NCBI GenBank assembly: GCA_965153455.1
Contig: OZ234493.1
Location: 868,001-932,000 of the forward strand
Origin: Sphagnum compactum
Taxonomy: Eukaryota
Direction: 5' to 3'
DNA length: 64,000 bases
In this document: piece after piece, positions 13,331 through 25,752 of the stretch
How positions within the stretch are numbered: position 1 is the stretch's first letter
Layout: the number at the start of each line of letters is the position of its first letter
Notes under the pieces: model-generated
Databases searched by the model: none
What the model was told of the DNA's origin: nothing
What the model saw: the letters and a program-made list of their open reading frames with translations, nothing else
Program-made: the position numbers and the translations under genes

Positions 13331-16300
13331 CTTTGTTGGTTGTCTTCAATGTCATCAGTCTTTATGTGCATGCCTTTGATATATAGCCCTATTTGTGTGA
13401 TTAGGGTTGTTCATGATTGAAAAGTTTGCCATAGGAATCTCTGTTTTTTTTGGATTTACATGTCTCATGTTGACAATATATGACCAGACTGTATTTTTTG
13501 CTAGCTTCTACCCATTCCCTATGTATAACATGTTGTGTGTGTGCTTGAGAAAAGAAATTAACATGAAAGAAAGCTCAGGTTGAAACCGAACCAGAAATCA
13601 ATATGGTGAATGCCACTGGGCTACAAAAGAACACATCGGCAACAGTACAAAGTGGCAAGCATGGTGGTGACTTTGCAAGGTGCAATAATCAGGCATGTAA
13701 ACATGGTGTTGGAAGTTCAGAATGCACATGGAATGCTGGACAATGTGGGCAGACAAGACAGTGGAGTTGTTGCCAAGTGTCACAATGTCCTAATTGGAAG
13801 GTAAGATTGAGCCCTGGGCACAAGGGACTTACAAATTGTTGTGCCACTTGTGGAAGGGCTAGAAGCAACATGTGTGAATCAACATGGGGTGAAGGAGGGG
13901 GTGTATGTGATCAGGGGCTATGTCAAAGGGTGCAACCACATTCACCCATGGGCGGGCAAGCACCAGACATGGCCTTGGACAATGAAATAGAAGTAGATGC
14001 CCAGCTCAAGGTTTTCGCTGAAAGTCGTATGCAACAACGGGCTTCAAAGCAAGCTATAGAATTTGAAGCCCAAGAACGAAAGGAGAAAGGCTTGCCAGGC
14101 CATAAGGTGCAAGTGACAAGGCATGGCCAAATTGATGGTGCATGTGAAGGGAAGGATGCATGGGATGGTGCAATTAGGTCTCTAGCACCTCGGACTTTGA
14201 ACATGGCAGTGGTTAAGGTTACAGAACAGGACCCTATAGACATGGCTAGACTCCGCTTGCACTTGGATGGGAAATTTGAATATGTAGGTGGTGAATTAAG
14301 TGCTGCTGGCTTTAGGAATTGTGTAAGGCGATATATGAAAGGAGAAAGAGCACGCTTAAAAAGAAGGTATGCACAGAAAGGTGCGAAAGCCTGCCCACTT
14401 GGAGTGGACCGAGAACAATGGGACAAATTAGTGATATATTGGCAACAATGTGACACCAAGACTAAAAGTGAACACATGGTTGATGCAAGAGGGGCAATTG
14501 CAAAAGTAAGCCACCTTGGGCGTGGTGGTAAGGCAGCTATAGAAGCAAAATTGGCAAGTTAACCCTAAAACCCTAGTCCTTTGTGATGGCCAAATGGAAA
14601 TTACAATATGTTGAAGTTATTATGCACTCACATGTCACATACAATGCTGAACACTAAATGATATCTGAAATGGGTGAATGCAGAAATCTGAGCAACACCG
14701 AAGCCCATCAATATCTGAGATGGCTGTTGTGGGACTAGATTCTAGTGGCACACGTGGGTACCCAGTGAGTTTTCCTAGCTGTTTCATTTGTCTTTCCCTG
14801 TCCTTTCCCTTTCTGTCTTTCTTTGTTTCTTTATCTGGTCTTTGTTGTGGTGTCTGTTGCTAGCCAGTAGTATGGCTGATATTAGGTGTTTTTTCCTTCT
14901 GTGTGCAAACTCTAAGATGACTGAAAACTATAATATTATGAAATAGACATGGTCTTGGAAATGATATCATCAGGTACTGTGTCTACTGTGGCATAATGAC
15001 CCTGTGGATTCAAGCTCCATAAGTTGTTGTTTCATGCAATTGCTTCACACTTGAGCTTCCAATGGTGGATGAAGTATCATCTACTGCCTCATTGACAATT
15101 TTAAGTATTTCAACAGTGGTTTCCTTAGCAGTATCTCTTGAATCAAAATCATCGGCTCCAGTATTCCAGATCCTTCATTCTGTGTTGTCCAGATCTGTCA
15201 TTCTGTATTTCCTAATATCTCTTAATTCTCCTGTTGGTGCATATGTGGTCTCCAATCTTGCCCAATCTGATATTCTGAATTTTGTTTTTCTTTTGTTTCT
15301 TGTCTTCCCTTGTTTGGTTCTTTCTGTGGCTTCTTGAGGAAGTGTTAGCCTTGTTGTTTCTTCTTCATTGTGAGAACGGAGATTTCTCTATTCTCATGAA
15401 AGATATTCATTTTTTTTTCTGCCTTCATGAGTTTGATAGTAATTAGTAAGTGGAATACTTATGTTGGATTTATAAAAATCTTTTGATGGGTTTATTGGGC
15501 AGGCATCGGGATCTCCCAATTGGTTTTCTCGAATTACTGCCATTGAAAAGAAGCTGCCAGAGATGAGTGGCCAAGTTTCCCAAGTTCTTGAAGGGATGGA
15601 TAAATTAAATGCTAAGGTAGAAGATTTCATGCAACAATTGCTAGCATGTCGAGAAGATGGTGTGAATGTGAGAATCCCAAAAACTATTGCAGCCACTGTG
15701 AACATTGAAGAGGTAGATGTTCCTGCAAGGACTAAATCCCTTGAGATTCTTGTTGTTGCAAAAAGCCTGCATGAGGTTCTTCATTCAGATCTTGATGGAC
15801 GAGGGTCAGGCACAACAGTGGTTGACAGTGCCACACAATTGGCTCCAAAAGCCCATCGTATGTCTACAGGAACAGGGGTGGGCCAACAAGGGGATGGTGT
15901 TGTCCCTTCACATGTCCCCAACACTGTGCTAGTAGGAGAGGATATCCCCAACTATGTGCTAATAGGAGAGGATATGGGGCAGAATCCTAATATGTTAAGG
16001 AAGGACATTCAAGTTGGAGTAGCTTGCAAAGGCGGTGACTGTGTAGATGAGAGCAACCCTAAACGCCCACCCTCGAAGGTACGATCTAAGTGCCCAACAT
16101 GACCAACACATTAAAGTTAGAGTATACACAATGCTATGGATTGTTCAATTGTGGGAATACTCTTGCAGTGTATATCAAATGTGGCATATGTGTGGGATGT
16201 TGGGAATTCCACCAACTACATGGCTAAAATAGGACATAAGTTAGATTGTGGAAGCTAGATCTGTTGTTCTTTCTGTTACAATCTAAAGATTAAGAACATA

Positions 16301-17351
16301 CCCACATTGTTTGGGGTCTAGGTGCATACAAGCTTCAAGGGAAATCATTGACATGGTTTCACATTTGTATTCATTGATGGATTTGGTGTGGCAGAAAGTG
16401 CAAAAAAAGGCCGCAATTATGCCAGCACCTGAAAGAGGTGTGAGCAGTCGGCTACGCTCTAATATTGGTGCAAAGGTGGGGCAAGCAGGAGAGAAGGCAA
16501 GGCAACAGGTAAGTTAATACCAACATGCTCTTGAGTTTCTATGATTCATAACTAGGGAACACAAATGCCCTGTTTGACACAATGTTGTAACAAAAATTCC
16601 ATTTTCCTAAATTGGTTGCTCATGGTAAATTGAATGAAGGTTCTTTATTGGTTGATGTGCAGTTTAAAGTAGGGGAAGCAATTGCCTTATGTAACATTGA
16701 TGAGGAGGTTGTAGTAAAGGGGCTGATAACAAGTGTTGGAGGATAAGGATGTGTCCACCATGGGGTGCCAGTCAAAGAGTCATGGTTCCGAGTCCAATTA
16801 AGTGAAATTGTGGCAGGTAAAAGCAACACCCCGTTGTTGGTGCCAAATGAGAATGATGATCCCCCACAATGTGTGTTAAAGGATGTAATAGGTTCAAACA
16901 CTGTATGGGAAGGTCGTCTAATGCAAAAGCATGCTTAAGTTAGGGGCACTATAGGTCGGGAGCTAGTTGATTTTTGAATTCTAAAACCCTAATGAGTAGT
17001 TATGGCCTTTTTTGGATGTCAATGATATTTTAGACATTGTCAGGTTTAATAGACCTGATAGAGTGATGGATTCCTGGTTGCTGTAATTGGAACAATGGCC
17101 ATTAAACACCATTAGATGGAATTTTAATGTTATGACAAAGGGTAATTTGTTGGTTAAGTAATTGCAGATTTTTGACATGCAAAATTGCAAATCACAAATC
17201 TATGTGTGTAATATTTATTGGTTGATTTTTCAGCACTAGAGGAATATAATAAAGACCTGATATGTATAATGTACATTAGTTAAAGTAGGTGTAGGTGTGC
17301 TACTAATGCTAATGTGGCAATGGTTAATGCAACTAATCCTGATACATCATG

Positions 17352-18294
17352 ACCCTAAACCCTAACCCTTACCCTAAACCCTAACCCTAAAACATGTTTA
17401 ACATGTATCATGGAAAACCCTAACCCTAACCTTAAAACATGGGCTAGTAGTTGCATTTGCAACTAAATCTAACAGTTGTTGTGCTGCCATGTGGCACACT
17501 ATAAACGGTCTGATGAAAAACCCTAACCCTAACCCTAACCCTAAAACATGGGCCAGCAAATGCATTTGCAACTAAATCTAACAATTGTTGTGCTGCCATG
17601 TGGTGCACTATAAACGGTCTAATGAAAAACCCTGACCCTAATCGTAACCCTAAAACATGGGCAAGCAGTTGCATTTGCAACTAAATCTAACAGTTGTTGT
17701 GCTGCCATGTGGCGCACTATTAACGGTACGATGAAAACCCTAACCCTAACCCTAAGACATGGGCCAGCAGTTGCATTTGCAACTAAATCTAACAATTGTT
17801 GTGCTGCCATGTGGCGCACTATAAACAGTCTGATGAAAAACCCTAACCCTAACCGTAACCCTAAAACATGGGCCAGTAGTTGCATTTGCAACTAAATCTA
17901 ACAGTTGTTGTGCTGCCATGTGGCGCACTATAAACGATACGATGAAAAGCCCTAACCCTAACCCTAAAACATGGGCCAGCAGTTGCATTTGCAACTAAAT
18001 CTAACAGTTGTTATGCTGCCATGTGGCGCACTATAAACGGTACGATGAAAAGCCCTAACCCTAACCCTAACCCTAAAACATGGGCCAGCAGTTGCATTTG
18101 CAACTAAGTCTAACAGTTGTTGTGCTGCCATGTGGCGCACTATCAACGGTACGATGAAAAGCCCTAACCCTAACCCTAACCCTAAAACATGGGCCAGCAG
18201 TTGCATTTGCAACTAAATCTAATAGTTGTTGTGCTGCCATGTGGCGCACTATAAAAGGTACGATGAAAAACCCTAACCCTAACCCTAACCCTAA
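17352..18294. repeat. Subterminal tandem array: 8 units of 102-109 bp, each ending in 3-4 CCCTAA-type hexamers
   Basis: Unit starts (aaaacatggg) at 17434, 17543, 17652, 17754, 17863, 17966, 18075 and 18184. Each unit carries the hairpin AGTTGCA-TT-TGCAACT (one unit degenerate). Length differences come mainly from the hexamer count. Confidence 0.95.
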
Positions 18295-18680
18295 TCTTCC
18301 CCACGTGCACAATGACATAGCATGGTTGATCTAAGACATGTCCGCATCCCAACGGCTATGACTTGGACGGTCTAGATTAATTAAAGTATTATTAAAACTA
18401 AATATTTAATTACAAAATAAAAATACACGTGTTCGCATACAATTGGGCTAGCTAGTTCAATGGGAACGCAACCCCTGTAGTTGCATGCAGTCGCACTTAC
18501 AACTGTTAGTATAGAATATGGGTGGATGAGACCGTATAACCCAATCGTATATACTTGTCATATACGTACTGTCCCATTATATGGTTGGTCGCATGCAACT
18601 TGTCTTATGCAACTAGGCGAATTTGCAGTTGCATGTGTCGCATGCAACTGAAAACCAGTTGCATACGACAGTTGCAAAAT

Positions 18681-18698
18681 GGCAAATTTCTAGTAGTG
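18681..18698 (-). repeat. CACTA terminal inverted repeat (right end)
   Basis: Reverse complement is CACTACTAGAAATTTGCC; the following AAT is a candidate 3-bp TSD. Confidence 0.8.
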
Positions 18699-20099
18699 AA
18701 TGCTACAACACACATAGATTATGATTGGGAACAAAAGTTGACCATGCACATTCATGAATAGAATAAGAAGACCATGAACCCCAAAAAAAAAAAAAAAAAA
18801 ACAAAGGGGCGAAAAGTTCACCTAGAAAGAAAACTAATGGTTATTGAACCTACTAACAACTAGTACTTTAAATCTTTAATGCACATGCTATTTTTTAATA
18901 ATTTTTTTAATATTAAAAATTTACGCAAACCCTATATTAATTACAAATTTATTTTCAAAATATACATAAACATATTTTTGAACTAATTAACTTATAATTT
19001 TTACATGACAACCAATATATTGCACCTTATATTTTTACTCATGTATTTTTTATTTTTTTCGAGTAGTGTCACCCCACCTCCCCACCCCCTCCCACCTTTC
19101 ACGTACTAGATGGTGAAACAATACATAAACTTCTTTAGCTTTGAATAGGGACTTCAAGTGGGTTATTAGTATGGAATCCAATTTTTTCTAATTCTTTTTA
19201 GGTGGAATTTTTTCAAAAAATTTGGATGGATATAATAGGTAAGCTTGTGATGATGGATGAAATAATCAACTAGGTATAATCCTTCCTGTAATAAATTGAG
19301 GTAAGACTACACTCAATTTTAACTCCCCCTCCTTTGTTTCCTAGGTTGGGCATTAGATTTATAATTTATGATTTTATTCGCACTATTACTTTCAAATGCC
19401 AAACCAAACCTTTTGAGATGTGATGGCCAATTTAGGGCACAATTTTTTTGATAAGATCTTTGGAGATAATTATGGGTTCCAAAATATTGGCTAACATTAG
19501 ATACATCAGTTCAATATCCTCTTAGGAACTTGGGAACCTCCAAGAGCAAGCCCTTGCATCCATATGTAATTAAAAGTTGTTTCTCAAAGTTAACTCTCTT
19601 GAACTTTCAAGTTCAAAAGAATTAACAAACACATTGGTTTTATTTTGTGTCTTTCTTGTCTTTTATTTTGTTTTTGCAATTTTTGTTTATGAAATTGTGG
19701 TCTTGTCTTGTTTTATAAATCCTTTGGATATTGTAAAGATTCAAGATGTGGAAAAGGAAACCAAGGAGGCCATGTGTGTGTGTGGGGGGGGGGGGGGGGG
19801 GGGGGATGCTGGTGCCCAGCATTGCAAAGGCACAAATTGCCAAACTCACACAATTGTCAATGCAAAATTGATGAAGGAGAACAAGAAAGTTCTTGAAGAA
19901 TCCTAAAAGAATTGTGAAGGTGTAGACTTGTTGTTAATAGGATATAAAATCAATCAATCTTTATTCTAATGTCATGTTCATGTATACACCCTAGACCTTG
20001 TTTTTTTGTGGTTGGGTTTGGCATTGAATTTCTTAGTCCTAGGAAATACTTTCGTGGTAAATGTCACAAGGGCTAGGCACCATGTCAACATTGCCTATT

Positions 20100-21650
20100 T
20101 AAGAATAATCATCTAGCAATGAGTGTGAACATTTGATGTGTTCTAGCAATAATTTTTTAAGATGATAGTCAATGAAACGAGATGACATGTGATGAACTTG
20201 TTAGAATGGTCTAACAATGAATGTGAACTTATGATGTGCTAATAAGGTGAGGTTGACAATGGATGAATATAACCCAAGTGACACCTAAATGATTTTACCA
20301 TAGTGGTCTAATAATGGATTCAAAATTTGATGTGTCAATGTTAAAATCTTGAAAATGATGTTGAATGACACCTAAGTGATATGTATAAGTGATTTCATTA
20401 TAATGGTTTAATACTTTAAAGGATGCAAATTTCTAATGTGCTAGTGAGGCACATTTAAGAGTGATGGATGAGTGACATCCAAATGACATTTAAATGATTT
20501 ACCATATTGATTTAGTAGAGTTGTGAACATTTAATGTGCTAATGGTTAGAGTTTTGAATGTGATGGTGAAGTTGTGACACCCAATTAACACCTAAGTCAT
20601 ATGGAAATAATTTCACTAGAATTGTTGAATGGCCACAAGTATGGGTGACAAATGAATGGTTGTTAAAGATGTAAATGTCCTTGTGTTTAATTTGAAAGCT
20701 TGATTGTGATGGTTATGTTTTATAATGGAACTTACTTGCATGGGGGATTTTGATACCCTTTGGGCACCCCTAAATAGGGTGTGGTTAAAAATGTGGGGCT
20801 ACCATTCAATTTATTCATGTTGTAGCATGTGGCAAATTGGTGTGTGTGGTAGGAACATTCCTTGGGTTGACAAATGGATCAGAGGAAGATCAAGTTTATA
20901 CCATCATCTTCTACTAGGGATGTGCACATATGAAGTAATGACTTGAGTTTCAACACACCTTATAGGCTTTCTAACTTATTGATGTAGGCCTTAGTGATGT
21001 GAGAGGAATGAGATAACACTTTGTGCTTTGGTAGATTGTCACTTTAGTGAAGGCAATGTATCATGTATTCAAACCACCTAGCTATGTGAGTGACCACACT
21101 AGAATGAGCAAAATAAGTCACATGTGCCAAAATGACCAATCTTACTTGTGGGGATGTATATATTGGCATGTATGGGGCAATGAGTTGAGTTTTAACAAAG
21201 TTAAGCTTTAATTATGATTTATTGATACATAAGCCAAGTAGTGATAGGAAATCAATGACAATGTTTGGTGACTAGCTAAGATAGATTTTCAATTTAGTGA
21301 AGGTAGTGTATGGACCATCTTGCTATGTGAATGACCATGTTTGAGTGAAAAAAAATAAAGTGACATGTACCATAATGACCAATATTGCTTGTGAAGATGT
21401 GGCATATATGGAGTTGTGGACATGTGCATGTATGGGGCATTGATTTGAGTCTTAGGGAATAAACTTTATGACTTGATGACATGTAGGCTTTAATATGATA
21501 TGAGTGACATTATAGTATTTGGTGATTAGGGTAGATTGTCACACCTTTAACAAAGGTAACGTATGGACCTTCTAGCTATGTGAACGACCAAAATTGTTCA
21601 TGGGAAAAATAAAATGACATGTGCCAAAATGACACAACTCTTAAGGATTC
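20100..21650. repeat. Old degenerate tandem repeats (~100-bp period at 20100-20620; ~245-bp period at 20860-21650)
   Basis: A gtgaacatttgatgtg-like motif recurs at ~20125, 20223, 20321, 20426 and 20524. A catgtgccaaaatgac-like motif recurs at ~21121, 21364 and 21618. Confidence 0.55.
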
Positions 21651-22699
21651 AAGCTTTGTGAATTCCAATGTGATGTGTGATTATGATTACACACAAGAAA
21701 AATGGCAATTGGAAGATTTGGATTAAGGTGAACTTCTATATAAACAACCTCCAAGTGATTAATAGATTTAATGACATGGAGTACAATGATCAGTCCCACC
21801 ACCCAATAGTGAACCTAACCCCTACTATTGCACCCTACAATGATGAATGTTAATGGAAAATAATATTTAGAATTAAAGTGTGAAAGTAACATGTTAATCC
21901 ATCAAACTAAAAAATATATTAATAGAAGATGTGGTTACTCATGCATGTAATATGGTGTGCACACATTGAAACTTTTTGAAATCATTAATATAGCTAGTCA
22001 CAAGAAACACTATGGACCCATGACACAAAGATTGATGTGCAACCATTTTAATAATATCATTTTATGCAATCACCAAAAGATTGATATACACCCACTAGAA
22101 CAATAGGTCGAGTAGTCACAAGAAAATCACCATGTAATCACCAAAACATCAATATGTATTTAACTTAAGGATCACAAGGGATAATCCACTCACCATTGTC
22201 TTGGGTAGTTCATACCATTACAATAGACTAATCCACTAGGATTCCACTAGTCATTGCCATGTGACCCCGTTCACTTGTCAATTCCACTCGATTGGGCAAG
22301 ATGACACTATAATGTCATTGTAGTGGAATTGGTTCAATCCACTAGAAAATGAGTGGAATGCATAGTGGCTAGGACCGCATCTCGTAATAGTGCCCGTTCT
22401 TTAATCCACATGTTTTTTTATGCACCTCGGAAGTTGACCTTGCCACATTTTCCAATGTCGATTTATGGGCTTATTATTTTTCCTAATTAAGGCATGAATT
22501 TGTGAAGGTATTACATCATCTTTCCCTCCATCCTTCTTTAACACATCTTGGTTATGTTGGCCATCTTTGCTTGAGTGCACTCCTTTAAACATTCCTTGAC
22601 TTTTCCTTCTTATAACCACAATAAACCATCTTGATATGCTTGAAGGCACCTAACACTACACATCAATTCTTGAGGTACCTCACCACTCTTCATCCTACC

Positions 22700-23400
22700 T
22701 TTGTTCTATTTCTCTTGCATCACCTCCTTATTCAACTCCCCTTTCATGTCTTTCTTGTTGGTTTCATCTTTCCCATTATTTCTTCTCCCAAATGTCTTCC
22801 TTACTATGTTTCTTTTCGCACAAAAGGCCTGACATTCCCCCAAGAGATGTAAGAGGTTGTTATAGAAACGACATGTGATGGGGTATCTCTCAAAATCAAT
22901 CACCACTTCTGTTTCTTCTCCCCCAATCCCTAGAATGCCAATTGCCAAAACCCAACCAAGCTCTATATCCATTACCACATAGAACCTAAGGTCTCTTCTC
23001 TTATGGTTATTTGGATTTTTACCAAAAACCCTTTCAATTTGGATTGTAATCTTTTTATCTAATTACATGTATTCCAATGATAACATATTTAATGTGCACC
23101 AAATTGGGATCTTCAAGTTGTACAAGCATTCAAGGTTGGACATGGGAACCCACTCTTGATAAATTGTTGTTCCCCAAGGTGTCTTATGTGGGGTCATGAT
23201 CAACAATTTTTTAATGCCTTCCAACATTGTGGAACTTAGGTATATGAATCCTTGACCAACATCCGTTTAGAAGTTAATGATTCCAAAATTTGCTACAATA
23301 TTCATGAGCACCACTCAATCAACACTATACAATGTAGGAATCTTGGGGCCTACAAAACTAATGTTTTGCCGTATGTTGCATGTGATACTTGATCTTTTGT
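22700..23400 (-). mobile_element. Decayed L1 LINE ORF1 relic (DUF4283 plus zinc-knuckle region)
   Basis: WVPMSNLE..IPIWCTL..DLRFYVVMDIELGWV..EVVIDFERYPITCRFYNNLLHLLGEC matches the layout of plant L1 ORF1; it contains stops. Confidence 0.65.
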
Positions 23401-23672
23401 TGGAGGGTCTCAGTTAGCAATTGGTTTCCAAGTGAGTGCTTAATCAAAAGTTTTCACTCGCCTTGTACTTGACATCTGCATTCCATTAGTTAGATTTGTG
23501 TATCTCTACCACACAACAGGATCATTCATTAGTAAGCAATCACATGGTAAATTCCAACTTTTCTGAAGAATGTGATAGGTTGATGACATTGATATACATT
23601 CCTGTACACACATATATCACATATGCTAAATTTTAGATGGAGATGTATTTCTTATATGTGGTCTAGCACCTC

Positions 23673-24344
23673 TTAAAGGATTGGAACAAATTCAAAGCAA
23701 CAAGCGGTCTTAAACCCACCTCCATCCAATGTATTGTCACACAACAAGTCTTGTAATGTTGCAGATGATGTCGTTTCAACATTTCCAAACCTGTTTGATT
23801 CACAAACACAGAACTTTAGAATCCCCATGGAGTGGTCCAACCCATGCCTAAGTTCAGTATGTGATTGCATAGACCCACACCTTGTCCAACACAAATGATC
23901 ATATTTGTATCCTCTATAACCTAATTGACCTTACGATTTTGAAATATGGAAATTCAACCCATTTTCAGACCATGCATCACCTCTGTTTGGAAAGCACCTT
24001 GTTGTGTGTCATAAGGCAAATAGAGCCATCCAAAGGTGTGAAAAATCATCATTATCAGCACTACAACTTGGAGTGACCAAAGACAATTCTTTTCTAGCCA
24101 TAGAGTCCACACAGTGACACATCCCATTATTTATCTTCCTCTGGTTGCCACCTTCCCCAACTATGCAGATTTGGTCATAGAACATTGCTACATTTGCCAT
24201 TCCAAATCCATATTTCACCCCAGGTGGTAAGGAGCCTAAACATACTAGCCCAAGACCTGTTGCATAGGATAACTCAATCCATAAATACTTTGTGTGAAGA
24301 TGAATATATTTGAAAATCTTCGAACAACTTTTCAAGCAATCCAT
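23673..24344 (-). pseudogene. Intronless decayed coding frame, possibly an F-box/kelch-like C-terminal region
   Basis: ORFs 24009-24344 and 23673-23894 share a frame separated by stops, with protein-like composition. The family assignment is only a guess. Confidence 0.3.
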
Positions 24345-24740
24345 TACTAAAACATCCTGAATTTTTGCAACATTTCAATAATCAACTGGAAGATTCAATC
24401 ATGAATAAGTTTATTTCCTTTTAGCTCTTTCTTTCTACAAGTAATGTCTAAGCTGCAAAACAGAGGACTGTGAGGCGACTTTCCGTCCCTCTACTCCCGG
24501 TTCTACAAGGTGACTATGCTTAGAAGCACAAAAGCTACTGGTGGAGGAAAGATGCAAGTGTAATTCTAGATGTTAAATTGCGTTTGTAGTTGAAATTAAG
24601 TAGCCTGCCTCCTATTCATCATTCACGATTAGGACTAATAGATGTATTTTTTTCAAGCTCACACGCTTCACATTCTAGGACTTTATGTCAAATTGTCATT
24701 CATTTAAACCAATGTTTAAGGACTCAACACCATGTCCAAC

Positions 24741-25290
24741 ATAGCTGCAGACCACTAGTCACTTGAAATGTTGTTTCTAACACATAGGTTATTCAAATTT
24801 GGCTTGCCATAGCTCATTAGAAAACTAACAACAAGGCGCATCTTGATACCAAATCCTAAGCTCTGTAGCTAAACCAGCAAGAAATTATGCTGCAAAACCC
24901 GAGAGGGTTTTACAAAGGTGATAATTCAACTTGGCTGCAGACCATCAATCACTTAAAACATCATTTCTAAAACATACATTATTCAAATCCAGCTTGCCTT
25001 AGCTCGTTAAAAAGCTAACTACAAGGCGCAACTTATTACCAAATCTCAAGCTCTGTAGCTGAACCAACAAGAAGTTATGCTATGAAACCCGAGAGGGTTT
25101 TACAAAGGTGATAATTCAACTTGGCTGCAGACCATCAGTCACTTAAAACATCATTTCTAACACATACATTATTCAAATCTAGCTTTCTTTAGCTCGTCAG
25201 AAAGCTAACTACAAGGCGCAACTTAGTACCAAATCTCAAGCTCTGCAGCTGAACCAGTAAGAAGTTATGTTATGAAACCCGAGGGTGTTT
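24741..25290. repeat. Tandem repeat, 190-bp period, ~3 copies
   Basis: aaacccgag ends at 24903, 25093 and 25283; gctgcagacca and acaaggcgca recur at about the same spacing. Confidence 0.92.
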
Positions 25291-25552
25291 GTGAGATTTC
25301 TCTAAAGTTCCAATCTTCCAACACTATCATTACCTACCCCCATTCCTTCAAAATTATTACAAGATTTTCATTCTACTTCCCTTCTTTCTCCCTTCTACTA
25401 AGACTAATCATTCTTTTCCTCTTCATGAAGCTTGTGGAAACAAGTATCCAAGATTGAATGAAAATTATCTCCGAGGCAAAGAGAGAGACCACAATGATCC
25501 GAGTCTGCCTTTTAAAGAGAAGGAGAAAGGAGGTGAAGGTAGATTCAAAGTT

Positions 25553-25752
25553 TGGTGGCCAATGGAATGTTCCAAGCTTGATGGCCAATGGAAGGTTCCA
25601 TGCTTGGTGGCTAATGGAATGTTCCAAGCTTGGTGGCCAATGGAATGTTCCAAGCTTGATGGCCAATGGGATGTTCCAAGCTTGGTGGCCAATGGGATGT
25701 TCCAAGCTTGGTGGCCAATGGGATGTTCCAAGCTTGGTGGCTAATGGAATGT
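25553..25752. repeat. Minisatellite, 26-bp unit, ~7.5 copies
   Basis: Unit TGGCCAATGGAATGTTCCAAGCTTGG, containing the palindrome CCAAGCTTGG. It explains the overlapping repetitive ORFs at 25373-25899. Confidence 0.92.

Larger units (their letters stand above)
8001..16938 (+). pseudogene. CACTA TnpA-like (En/Spm ORF2) gene, 7 predicted exons, one nonsense codon
   Basis: In-frame splice model: 8001-8179, 8608-8923, 13579-14553 (GC donor), 14684-14764, 15503-16078, 16395-16508, 16663-16938. Exon 3 has the Ptta/En/Spm motif CPLGVDREQWDKLVIYW..KSEHMVDAR..HLGRGGKAAIEAKL. The last exon (VHHGVPVKESWFRVQL..PLLVPNENDD..LKDVIGSNTVW) resembles the Tnp1/En/Spm C-terminal domain. TAA at 16744-16746. Confidence 0.8.
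8001..18698 (+). mobile_element. Right arm of a CACTA (En/Spm) DNA transposon; left TIR not found in the window
   Basis: Ends in ggcaaatttctagtagtg (reverse complement CACTACTAGAAATTTGCC) at 18681-18698. It is preceded by dense GTTGCA/TGCAAC subterminal motifs and the TnpA-like gene. The left coordinate is a minimum. Confidence 0.82.

Noticed and set aside
17434-18294. CRISPR-like appearance of the regular array
   Set aside because: There are no unique spacers (the variable part is only the CCCTAA count), the context is eukaryotic, and no cas genes are present.
17444-18318. Repetitive short ORFs (MQMQLLAHV..)
   Set aside because: These are translations of the tandem array with no sign of real coding function.
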